Below, one piece after another: positions 1-10,238 of a DNA stretch of 38,638 nucleotides (its first letter is position 1; the number at the start of each line of letters is the position of its first letter). Under the pieces are notes generated by a model. It ran no database searches and was not told the origin of the DNA. It was given only the letters and a program-made list of their open reading frames with translations. The DNA is taken from the NCBI GenBank assembly GCA_002269645.1, contig NIVC01004666.1, positions 1 to 38,638 of the forward strand, given 5' to 3'. Both the position numbers and the translations under genes were made by a program. The DNA is from Macrostomum lignano (lineage: Eukaryota).

Positions 1-570
1 ATGTTTGACATGGTGGTCCTTTTATGTTGACATGGTGGCTCTTTAATGTTTGACATGGTGGCTCTTTAGTTTGACATGGTGGCTCTTTAATGTTCTACAT
101 GGTGGCTCTTTGTTATGTTTGACAGGTGTGCTCTTTAATGTTTGAATGGTGGCTCTTTATGTTTCGACATGGTGGCTCTTTAATGTTCACATGGTGGTCT
201 TTATTTTTGACATGGTGGCTATTTAATGTTTGACATTGGAGTCACATCTATGTTGACATGGTGGCTCTTTTATGATGACATGGTGGCTCTTTAATGTTTG
301 ACCTGGTGGCACTAATGTAATGATGGCTCTTTATGTTTGACAATGGTGGCTCTTTAATGTTCGACATGGTGGCTCTTTAATCTTCGACATGGTGGCTCTT
401 TAATGTTCGATATGGTGGTCTTTTATGCTTGACATTGGTGGCTCTTTAATGTTTTGACATGTTGGTCTATTATGTTTGACATGGTGGCTCTTTAATGTTT
501 GGCATGGTGGCTCTTTAATGTTTGACATGGTGGCTCTTTAATGTTAGACATGGTGGCTTTTAATTTTTAA
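1..570. repeat. 23-bp minisatellite B (ATGTTTGACATGGTGGCTCTTTA), more degenerate copy
   Basis: Directly visible tandem units with many small indels; continues past the window start. Confidence 0.95.
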
Positions 571-1713
571 CGTTTGTTAAACGTTTTGTTAAAGTTTTTG
601 ACGTTTGTAACGCAAGAATTTTTTGTATTTTTTCGCGAATAAACTTGAAAAGTACAAGTTAAACTTATGAACATGGCATTAAAGTACAACCGATATGTCA
701 CGTATACATAGCGTGTGCAATGGCTGCATGTGACCAGATGAGTTCCTTTAATACTCTACGTTAGTCTATAGTCGCAGCCCTCGGATTCGCTCATTCCTGC
801 CCTCAAATCCATAGTCAGAACAATCAGTTCGGCTCTATTTCCTTAGCCTTTGCGCTTTGCCACAGACTATTCATATTTGTTTCGCCAAAGATTAAGAAAT
901 GAAGTAAGACAAAAGCTTCATTCAGGGCCTTCGCCTTAGTTAAAATTGACATCTTGTGAGTTTCGTATATTATTCAACTTTCAATATATGGAAGACGAAG
1001 GCCCCGTCGCAAGTTGATGCAAATCGTTTTTTATGAGCTTACAGTCCACAGTTGTCACAGGTGACTTGATCGAGATATTTTTGATTTTTGAAAAAAAGAC
1101 TGTCACTCGTAGTTTGCGTAAAAATCCATATACTAAAATTCACTCTAATGTTAAGTTTTTGCGAACCTTGGAAAACTAAAAACAAAATTGTTTCGTCTTT
1201 TGCATAAATTTGCGATATAAAATAAGTAAAGTTTTTACACGAATTATAATGAAATTTCAGGTGAAAAATAAAAGACAAAATTAACTGCTCATCAAAGATT
1301 GAATTCATTAAAAGCAGTGCAAAAGAAGGTTTGTTTCAAAAGTTACTTTCGGCTAATATGAAATTGCCTTAAAATACAAATTAACTGTAAAGTGCAAATT
1401 GACTGTAAAAATTAATACAATGAATAAAATAAGCCTAATTGAGCTTCAACATAAAGTTCATCAGCTATTAGCTCGTACTCACTGCCATGCAATATCTACG
1501 CTTCGTTAGAAATGAGGTTGGGGCAATAAGTTTCCTGCGATTCTTTTAGGAATGAGAGCTATTGACAGCTATTGCTTTAGAGAATGAGAGCTATTACTTA
1601 AGAGATATGGGGAAATAATTATTCTATTTTTCCTTAAAAATAAATGAATATACTTTCTAGCCTTTTGCATAAGGAAAATTATTGCTCACCCCTCATTTTT
1701 TACGATAAATAAA

Positions 1714-4147
1714 TTAGTCTTCAGTGAGAACTTCTGGAAACACAACGTTTCTGGTCCTTGTTCCCGGAATCCGGACGCGAACATTTGCCGCGTTCTTTGC
1801 TCGTGACAGCGCCGTGTACAGCTGGCCATGCGTGAAGCAACCGACTGACAGGTCAATGCCAACTGTGTCCAGAGACTGTCCCTGCGACTTGTGAATCGTC
1901 AGGCAGAAACTCGGCTTCACAGGGAACTGCAGCCGCTTAAAACTGACGGGGAGGTCCGCATTGCTAGGAATCAGCGGGATTCGCGGCAGAAGAATCTCGT
2001 CTCCCGTGAACTGGCCGGCGGCAATCTTGCATCTAAGCACGTTCTCGCCCATTGCGAGTATGATGAGCCGCGTACCATTGCACAATCGTGGCGGGTTGAT
2101 GTTCCTGAGAAGAACTACTGGCATACCCACTTTTAGCCTCAGCAAGTGAATCGGAAAGTTCGGGGCATCCAGCTGGTTGAGCAACTCAGGCGGGAAGTGC
2201 GTAGCGGCATCCTCATCGGCCACACTGTCTATTGAGCGGTACTCCCGCAGGCTGCCGGGGAACATGCCCAGGCACGTCTCGTTGATGGCATCCACTGAGT
2301 CATTGTACGGCGCCAGGATCGCTCGGCTTGCAAAGTAGCCGTCCCTCTCCACTGACGCCTCAAACGATGGGTACACAAAATTTATCAGATCATTGAGCGG
2401 CGCCTCCGCAGAAATGATGATCTCAGCAGGAAGAGACACTTTCTCCTCTGCATCCTGGTCAATTGTTCCGGATCCGATCTGGGGGAGTTAAAAGTCAAAT
2501 ATTTAAAACGCTAGACAGACTTTAAGCTAGGCATTCTTGAATAAGCCACAATTTTTAAAATGGAGCTCTCAACACGAAAGAAACCGAATATCCTTAAATC
2601 TTCCAATAAATAAACTGATGAAAACAAACTTACCTGCTTGAGTAGCTCGGTGTATCTCAAATACGTTGCAGAATCGGAACTGCTCAGCAATCGGATGTTT
2701 CTTGTAAGGCGATGCCGCCGGAAAAATTTCCACAGTGGGGATCTGCTGACACACGCCATGACGCTGTTGGCTCGAGTCCCATGCACCACAACGGGCAGCA
2801 GCTGGCGAAAGTCCCCAGCGCAAACGAAAACCACTCCGCCGAATGGCACGTCCTGCTTCCGCACGTCTCGCAAGCACCGGTCGACGGCCTCCAAATCCTT
2901 CCGGTTTGTCATAGAAATCTCGTCCCAGACAATTAGACGCACTGTCCGAAATACAGCGGCCTGTTTGGACTGCGCTCCAACAGCGCACACGTCTTTGCTC
3001 GAACGGATCGCCCGAATTGGTATCTTGAACCTGGCATAGACAAATAGTTTCACCATGCCTAACATATTTACAGCACACGAAATATTTACAACTGCTTTTT
3101 GAAATATTGACAATAAATTACTCACGTTGAATGCGCCGTCTGTCCACCTGGCAAAAGAGTCGCTGCGATTCCAGAAGCCGCAACGGCGAGGGCGACTTCA
3201 CCCCGGCTGCGCACGAAGGCTAGCAGAACCTCTAGCAGGAAGGTCTTGCCAGTGCCAGCAGGTGCGTCCAGGAAGTGCAAGCCGCTGGTGCCGTCCACAA
3301 GATTCTGAGTCACGGACTCGTACACCGCTTTCTGCTCATCTGTCAGCATTGGTAAGCGCGCCTCAGTAATCAGTGCTTGCTCAACCGTATCAAACTGCAT
3401 TGGTCCATCTTGAGGTGTCACGGAGGCCGCAGGCAGGCCGTACTCTGGCAGGCTTCTCCCGCCCATGGAGATCAGCATGCTCTGAAGCTCACGCAGCGCC
3501 AGGTCAGTAATCTCCTCGGTGCTCAAGTCTCGGTGGTGGAACCGCAGGTCCTCGCTGAGATCCTCGGCAAAACTGCACCAGAGGTCGCTGCCATCCTCAG
3601 GCTCACCCCATATGAGAATTACGGCCAGAAGATGTCTCAGGGCTCTTGGCATTCTTGACTGAACGGCCTCAGCTAGACACCGCCGCCAGTGATCATCTCG
3701 CTGCAGCAGGCCAAGGGCCATGCAAGCAGCCTTGGCGCTCGGATGCACAACGCCGTCCACGGTCTGCAGCGCCTCGAAGCTAGTCGGTCCCCTAACATTC
3801 AAAAGGAGCATTCGAACATAAAATAAATCACCTGCTCTTGGACTCACCGTGTACATGCGTGCAACGTTTTTGTTCCGCACTACACCCGGATGGCCATCGA
3901 CTCGCACACCCTGCTTGGCCCGCCGCCACTCTCTTTCGCTGGAGAGCCACACAAAGTAGGACGGCACCTCCGTGTAGAGCAAGGACCCAGCAAATTCGTC
4001 AATACGGCACAGCTTGAAAAATGCCGTCAACGTCGAATCCTTCGGCGTTCTCGCTTTTGCTCTTGCGGTCCCCTCGTTGAAATACACGAGCTGCTCTTCC
4101 GACTTGTGAACGCAGAGTCGGATGACCGCCGGAAACCTGTTGTGCAC
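1714..4147 (-). CDS. RepHel exons 7-9: Pif1-family SF1B helicase
   Basis: Walker A DAPAGTGKT, Walker B IVWDEISM, AGDFRQLLPV, TIHKSQGQSL, HGQLYTALSRA. Stop at 1714-1716. Confidence 0.95.
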
Positions 4148-7100
4148 CTGATCAGAAAGTGGAAGGAAAATATACAGCCTTTAAGTTTCGATGGAAATTC
4201 AATTTATACTATGACGAGGTTTCACAGCTCTGGTTAAAATGAGCCAATAATAATTAGAATGCGAATTACTTCAAAGCCCAAGATGGTATTCACGGCTTCC
4301 ATTGGACCAATGTAGCGCGCGGACAGGTACTCTTTAATCTCATCACGCGGCTTATTTCCTGTCGTTTGCGTCGGCTGCTGGTCACCCACTGCCTGCTCTC
4401 TCGGTTCAGTAGAATTCCTATTGGCATCGACTTTGAACGTCGCCATGTCGCCACCCTTTAACAGGTACTTGATCACGTACTTGACCGACTTCACAGTGGC
4501 GCAAACTTCGACGTTCAAGTGGCACGCAAACTGGAGCAACAGGTCAGGGCTGTACGGAACGACCCACCTGTTTTAATGAAAAAATAATATCATTAACTTT
4601 CAGAAACAAAAGCTGCAATGCACAACTAAGCAATATATTAGCGTTTGAACTTCCCTGTTGTCCATGCGAATGCTCCGGCCTTTGAACAGTTTGTCCACTG
4701 TAAATCCGCCCATCTCAGGCGATAGTCTGCGGTACAGTGGGTAGCCAGTATCGCTGGTCAGCGTCACCTGCTGGAACTCTTTCGGAAAGCCCTTGCTGCA
4801 TTCGCCATTCTCCATGCAAGGACACGCCGGATTCTCCTTGCCGCAGGGGCCATGGATCATGTGCGTCTTCACCAGCTCATACAGCACAGGCTGCTGCTCT
4901 GGGTCCGGAATCTCGGCAGACACGATGTCATCGTATCGGTCCGGAGTCACTCGCTGACCGCTCATGAGCCACAGCAGAAAGTGCACATGGGGAAGACCTG
5001 GAGCGTCAAAAAAGTATTAAAAAATATCACAAAACCTTTGTAAATCTAAATTTTAATAAATCTTAAAACTTTGATTCTTGCAAGTCAGAATTTTTACTCA
5101 CCACGCTTCTGGTACTCCAGTGAGCAAACGTGAGCGGCCTCTTTCCCATAGCGCTTGGTCAACTGGGCCAGAAGAGCTTTCCTCTTCATTTCAAAGACTC
5201 GGCTAACAATGTCCGGCCGGTCTTCTGCCCGCTGTCCAGGCAGCAGCTGAGCGCTGATCTCCGGCCATTTCGGATTGCACGTTGCGGTGACAAACAGGTC
5301 CGGCTTACCGAACTTGTGAACATAGGTCATAGCGTCCTGTAGCCTCTCCATCAGGTACCTTGGCCCGCCAACGAAGCTCGAAGACAGAAGCACATGCGCG
5401 GGCTTGCCTATGTCACTCGGATCTCTGTCGGTAGACCTGCCATCAGCTGCAAACAGAGCGTCCCGCAGACCGCTGTATGTCTCGCTGCGCAGGTCCTGCT
5501 GATGGGTCCGCAAATACAGCAGCCTCTCTGCCTCAATCTTGGCACACATGTCCACCAAGTACTGCTGAAATAATCTTCGGCCATAGTGCAGCACACTGAA
5601 CTGGCCCGCTCGCACCATGATTTCGCTCGCATAGTATTTCATGGGCGTCAATTTCTTGCCATTACTCATCAGCAACTCCGGGTGCCAGCCATCTTCGCCA
5701 TTCGGGAACAGCAGCACATACTCCAGCGGGTCATATGAGCGGTGCGTCTCGCTGATTCTCTGGGAACCGCCACCACGCAGTTGAATCACGACGTCCCGAC
5801 TGGCCGGTGTGTTCTCATTGTCCTCCACAATCAGGATACCGACCTCGTTCGCCGTAGGCAAGTTGTAGCGCCTGATTTTGAACGGAGTTTGTGGGATACA
5901 GAGTCTGTACAAATTGGATAATTGGATAATTTATTACGCAAAATATCTTATTAGAATGTCTTGCAGACATACCGAATGTGTTCCCCAGATGGTCGACGGT
6001 CAGGGTGAATTACGATTCGCGCATCTCCCAACTCCGGATCTTGACTGATTCGATGAGCGACTGCCCTCAGGCTGCGGACATAGCCGTTGCACTCGTGAAG
6101 CAGCGTCTGCAATAGCTCCAGTAGCTCCGGCTTCACCTTCTGGCTGAGACTCTGGCGGCTTTCAAGTTCGCGATCATTGAAATACACCTGCCAGCCATGG
6201 GGCTCAGCTGAATCCTCTGCAAACAGCGGCGCCGTGTTGTGATGCAACTGGCCGCTGATGATGAAGCTGGGACACCAGCCTGGCACCAACCGCAGTTTGG
6301 CACCCAGCGATGTCAGGTGCAGCGCCGAGTTGTAACTCCGAATGTTGGTCAGGAACTCGGCACTCATTCTGTGCCGCCCCAGGTACAGATCTGCCAGCAC
6401 TTGAGGCACGGTGCGGCTGGGCAGCTTCACCTTGCCTTTGGCGCAGCAGAAATTCCTCGTCTCAGAGCACCAAAGTAATGCACCGCATTGGTCGCATGCT
6501 CTGTCCATTGGGCCACAGTTATGGGCTGGCGCTTCAGGCCTGATAATCCGTTCTGGCCTGTGATTAGAAGGATTAGGATTAGGAAGGATTAATGGCAAAC
6601 AGTTTTCCCAGTTAATCTTTCAGCTTACAAAAAAATTTATTGGAATAAAACAACTTGAGTTCGATGACAAATAAATTATGATGACCAGTCACACCAATGA
6701 CCTACCTCTCTTGAGCAGGTCTTGCGCCAAAATGACATGCACTCTGCTGAGTTAATCTTGGCTCCTCTGCATCTACAATGGGCTCAGAAACTGGAATCGG
6801 ATTAGCAAATCGCAATCACTCATAATGCTCATGACGCAAAAGAATTCGGACGATTGCAATCGGTGGCTGCAAAGGGGACATACAGTACTGCAGTACAGTG
6901 CCGTTTTCTTGATAAATCACCAGATCAACATTAAAACAACGGCTTAAAAGCGGAACAACTTCATCAGGCACATATGTGCCTTCAGAAAAAGAGGAATCAA
7001 CAATGAAATCAGCATTTTCTGGCAAAACAAAGCCTTGTTCAATCAATTCTGGCATAATCTGCACTACACGGCTCGTCAGCTCGTGTCTTAAAGATGCCGC

Positions 7101-8001
7101 ATCGGTCTCAAGTGGAGTGCCCTGCAACTGATCACAGACTGCATAAAAAAAACAGTTCCCATCACCAGGAATGCGAATTATGCGCAACGCATCAAAAGGT
7201 ACCACAGACGGTGTGGCCAACTCACTACTATCAAACCTGGAATATAGGAAAAAAATTATACACAACTTCATTTGCCGGTAATTAAAGTAGTGACGAATAA
7301 ATTTTATGCTATTCTATACTGATCTCTTAAATAAAACTCTTGGAAAGCAATCGACTTGAAAAGATGAGAAAAAATGCACGAAACAGATTCCAGTTTTTAA
7401 TTATATGCCCAAGTACCAATAAAACATCAGCTAAGATAGAAAATACCCCGAATTAGGCACAAAGGGCACTTGGATTTTATATAGCTATAAAATATATAGC
7501 TCCAATTAAAATGTCATCCTACCTGCCAGCCGACACTCCTCGACGGCGAATTTGCTCGGCTTCCACTCGAGCTCTTCGTTGCTCTTCGGTTTCTGAAGCG
7601 CGTCGCTTCTCCGCACGAGTTCTGTCTCCAGATCTACGCTCTTCTCGCTGAGCGTCTGTTTCCGTTGCCCTTCGCTCAGCATTTTCCTGCCGGAGTCTCG
7701 TCAGGCGCTCTTCTCGCTGAGCGTCGGTTTCAGTTGCCCTTCGCTCAGCCTCCTGCTGCCGGTGTCCAGCCAGCCGCTCTTCTCGCTGCGCGTCAGTCTC
7801 CATGGCCGTTCGCTCAGCCTTCTGCTGCCGCAGTCCAGCCAACCGCTCTTCTCGCTGCGCGTCAGTCTCCATGGCCGTTCGCTCATTCTTCTGCTGCCGC
7901 AGTCCAGCCAGCCGCTCCTCTCGCTCAACGGCACTCTCTTGCTGACGCTTCTTCTTGGCATCTCTGCTCTTCTTCAATGCGCTGGTGCCACGTCGAGCCA
8001 T
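1714..8001 (-). CDS. Helitron RepHel transposase (STPR-OTU-Zn-Rep-Pif1), 9 exons, ~1729 aa, probably recently disabled
   Basis: Exons 8001-7523, 7236-6706, 6557-5973, 5871-5102, 4997-4655, 4567-4270, 4147-3126, 3030-2634, 2478-1714. All intron phases match (total 5190 nt). Splicing rebuilds motifs across junctions: EHIRRYNLPTANEV, EYQKRGLPHVH, DNRWVVPY, AHSTFKIP, LLKQIGSG. The ORF-track start at 8013 is TTG; the first ATG is 8001 in A-3/G+4 context. Confidence 0.93.
4270..5871 (-). CDS. RepHel exons 4-6: HUH Rep (rolling-circle initiator) domain
   Basis: Motif 1 LFVTATCNPKWPEI, motif 2 EYQKRGLPHVH (split by intron 5101-4998), motif 3 YVIKYLLKG, plus HGPCG...CSKGFPK. The exon 5 donor at 4654 reads GGAAGT rather than GTAAGT. 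Confidence 0.92.
5973..6557 (-). CDS. RepHel exon 3: Cys-rich putative zinc-binding region
   Basis: CDQCGALLWCSETRNFCCAKGKV, typical of the Helitron N-terminal region. Acceptor CACAG|G, donor CG|GTATGT. Confidence 0.85.
6706..7236 (-). CDS. RepHel exon 2: OTU-like cysteine protease domain, with in-frame TGA at 6818-6816
   Basis: IPGDGNCFFYAV (Cys motif) and HYE (His motif). Acceptor TTCCAG|G at 7237. Donor AG|GTAGGT at 6705, or a weaker in-phase GA|GTGATT at 6819. Confidence 0.8.
7523..8001 (-). CDS. RepHel exon 1: basic N-terminus plus about six 23-aa STPR-like repeats
   Basis: Repeats such as ETDAQREERLAGLRQQKAERTAM (69-bp units) fit the E-T-x-x-[QE]-R-x-x-R-L pattern of STPR repeats. Donor CAG|GTAGGA at 7522. 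Confidence 0.8.
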
Positions 8002-8869
8002 ATTGGAATTCAAATTGAAAGATAAGAATTTTGAGTTATAATGAAAAGAAAGGATAGTAGGGGTTGTGTGCGAGAAAAGAGAAAGGTATGAAGTCTATAA
8101 TGTCACGCGTTTTAAACTCAGCAACCACCCAATCCCAAAAAGCTGGACACCATTTGTACACTGTTAGACTGTCAGTGTGTACAGCAAGCCTAAATTCTCT
8201 CCAATACCCGCCTGCTAATTGGTCAGGACTCTTTTTATTATTCAATACTCTCTCTCAAACACCTAACTCTAACTCTCCTATGTGAAAGGATTCAGATAAA
8301 TTTTCTGAAGGAGGCGCAAGCCTCAGTAGCCAATGTACATCTATCTCTGTGGCACTTTTGGACTTTTTTATAATCAGACGGTTTTATTACATTTTGGAGG
8401 GTCAGTCTCAAACATGGTTCGTATATTGTGAATCAATTAGATACTGTATATATGTGCATGTATTTCACTCTCTCACTCTCCCTCTCTCCAGCATTTAAAG
8501 TTAGTATGTCAATTGTGCACGGGAAGATTTTATAATGTACAATCTTTTCTCGCAGTGTACATTTATAGTTCTCTAGCCTGGCGACAAAAAATACTACTTT
8601 ACTGGGCGCTGCAAAGTTTAATTCCAATCAGAATGGCTCACAGTAGGAAGTTCTGCTTGACCCTTGCAGAAAGGCATGTGTGTTATTCGAATATTCGCGC
8701 TTCTTCTATGCTTTACAGGAACTTTTCATGCTTAAAATGACACTTCTTTTACGATTTTTATGACACTTGTGGTTCTGAATTAGTAAGCCTCGACGCTAGC
8801 ATTTTTTAGGTTTTTCATGACGCTTCTTTTATGTTTAACAAAAATTACACTATAAGATGAGCACGAAGC

Positions 8870-9282
8870 AGTTATGACATAATCAATTTTTCAATCGGTC
8901 AGTATGGTTACGCAGTCTAAATCAAGTCTCGTAATATGCTTCTACACAGTGTTTTCAACACTGTGACGCAATTCAAGGCGGAGGTACAATTCAGCTGTTA
9001 TGCAATCTTTATCACAATCAGAATTCAGTCAGTCAGTTTTTTCTCTAGCATTTTTACAATGCATTTCAGGTCGAAAGAGCTGCTTGACCTTTGCAAAAAA
9101 GCATGTTTTTCGAATATTTAATCCCTTTAAAATTGAGCATTTTCTTAGCCAAGATGCATGTACCGTCCCAGGAAAATTTCTGATCGAATGGTGCAAGTTT
9201 GAAGAAAATCGGTTGAGCCATTTTTTCTGAAATCTATCGCATACCTACCCACATACAGACAACTCATTTTTAGTATATAGGA
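8870..9282 (-). repeat. Conserved ~400-bp 5' core of the Helitron family (El1 copy)
   Basis: Plus strand TATGACATAATCAATTT...GCAAAAAAGCATGTTTTTCGAATATTTAATCCC...GAAAATCGGTTGAGCC...TTTTTAGTATATAGGA. Recurs at ~12490, 16103, 19490, 21853, 27415, 29370 and 38210. Confidence 0.9.
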
Positions 9283-9312
9283 TACAAACCTTAGAGATTT
9301 AGTATATTTAGA
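9283..9312 (-). other. 30-bp spacer resembling a second Helitron 5' end (second copy at 12904-12933)
   Basis: Minus strand TCTAAATATACTAAATCTCTAAGGTTTGTA starts with TC, resembles the family start TCCTATATACTAAA, and ends in A. Confidence 0.65.
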
Positions 9313-9462
9313 CTAGCAATCTTCGCCCCCCGATGGGGGACATCTGGATAGAATCTCTGTTCTCTACAAGTAACAAAAAGACAGCCAGAAAATCCTTCAC
9401 AAAGACAACAGACAAACTGCTCAAATGAAGTGAATTGCAATAAGAAATCTTCCCAAGACCAC

Positions 9463-10140
9463 AAGCATCCCCCAGATAGCAAGCATTCCCCGGATAGCAA
9501 GCATCCCTCAAATAGCAAGCATCCCCCAGATAGCAAGCATTCCCCAGATAGCAAGCATCCCTCAAATAGCAAGCATCCCCCAGATAGCAAGCATCCCCAG
9601 ATAGCAAGCATCCCCCAGATAGCAAGCATCCCCCAGATAGCAAACATCCCCCAGATAGCAAGCATCCCCCAGATAGCAAGCATTCCCCAGATAGCAAACA
9701 TTCCCCAGATAGCAAGCATTCCCCAGATAGCAAGCATCCCTCAGATAGCAAGCATACCCCAAATAGCAAGCATCCCTCAGATAGCAAGCATCCCTCAGAT
9801 AGCAAGCATCCCCCAGATAGCAAGCATCACTCAGATAGCAAGCATCCCTCAGATAGCAAGCATCCACCAGATAGCAAGCATCCCTCAGATAGCAAGCATC
9901 CCCCAAATTGCAAGCATCGCCCAGATAGCAAGCATCCCCCAGAAAGCAAGCATCCTCCAAATAGCAAGCATCCCCCAGATAGCAAGCATCACTCAGATAG
10001 CAAGCATCCCTCAGATAGCAAGCATCCACCAGATAGCAAGCATCCCTCAGATAGCAAGCATCCCCCAAATTGCAAGCATCGCCCAGATAGCAAGCATCCC
10101 CAGAAAGCAAGCATCCCCCAAATAGCAACCATCCACCAGA
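9463..10140. repeat. 18-bp minisatellite A (GATAGCAAGCATCCCCCA), about 37 units
   Basis: Tandem units with 17-bp variants; source of the PQIASI/GCLLSG/DACYLG ORFs. Confidence 0.95.
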
Positions 10141-10238
10141 CAAAAAGTAGCTAGAGCGACAATTTCCTTAGCTTTATAGTGGCTCCTTTAAATTGGCATG
10201 GCGCTTTATACCTTTACATTTGAAATTGTATATCTTGA

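Larger units (their letters stand above)
1..9282 (-). mobile_element. Autonomous-type Helitron (El1). 5' TC terminus at 9282; 3' terminus lies left of the window.
   Basis: Minus strand reads A|TCCTATATACTAAAAATG at 9283/9282 (A-T target, TC start). The ~400-bp core shared with downstream elements follows, then the RepHel gene in the same orientation, then the 23-bp satellite that lies toward the 3' end in sister elements. Confidence 0.85.

Noticed and set aside
1039-1308. 89-aa minus-strand ORF downstream of RepHel
   Set aside because: AT-rich with no motif or splice support; likely non-coding element interior.
7536-7938. Numerical match between 23-aa STPR repeats and 23-bp satellite units
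   Set aside because: Amino-acid and base-pair periods are unrelated quantities, so this is treated as coincidence.
1891-7961. Antisense and alternate-frame ORFs overlapping RepHel
   Set aside because: They are expected shadows of GC-rich coding exons and the 69-bp repeat, with no recognisable motifs.
1-9282. Helentron or Helitron2 classification suggested by the OTU domain
   Set aside because: No endonuclease follows the helicase, no subterminal inverted repeats were seen, and the termini are canonical TC and hairpin-CTAG.
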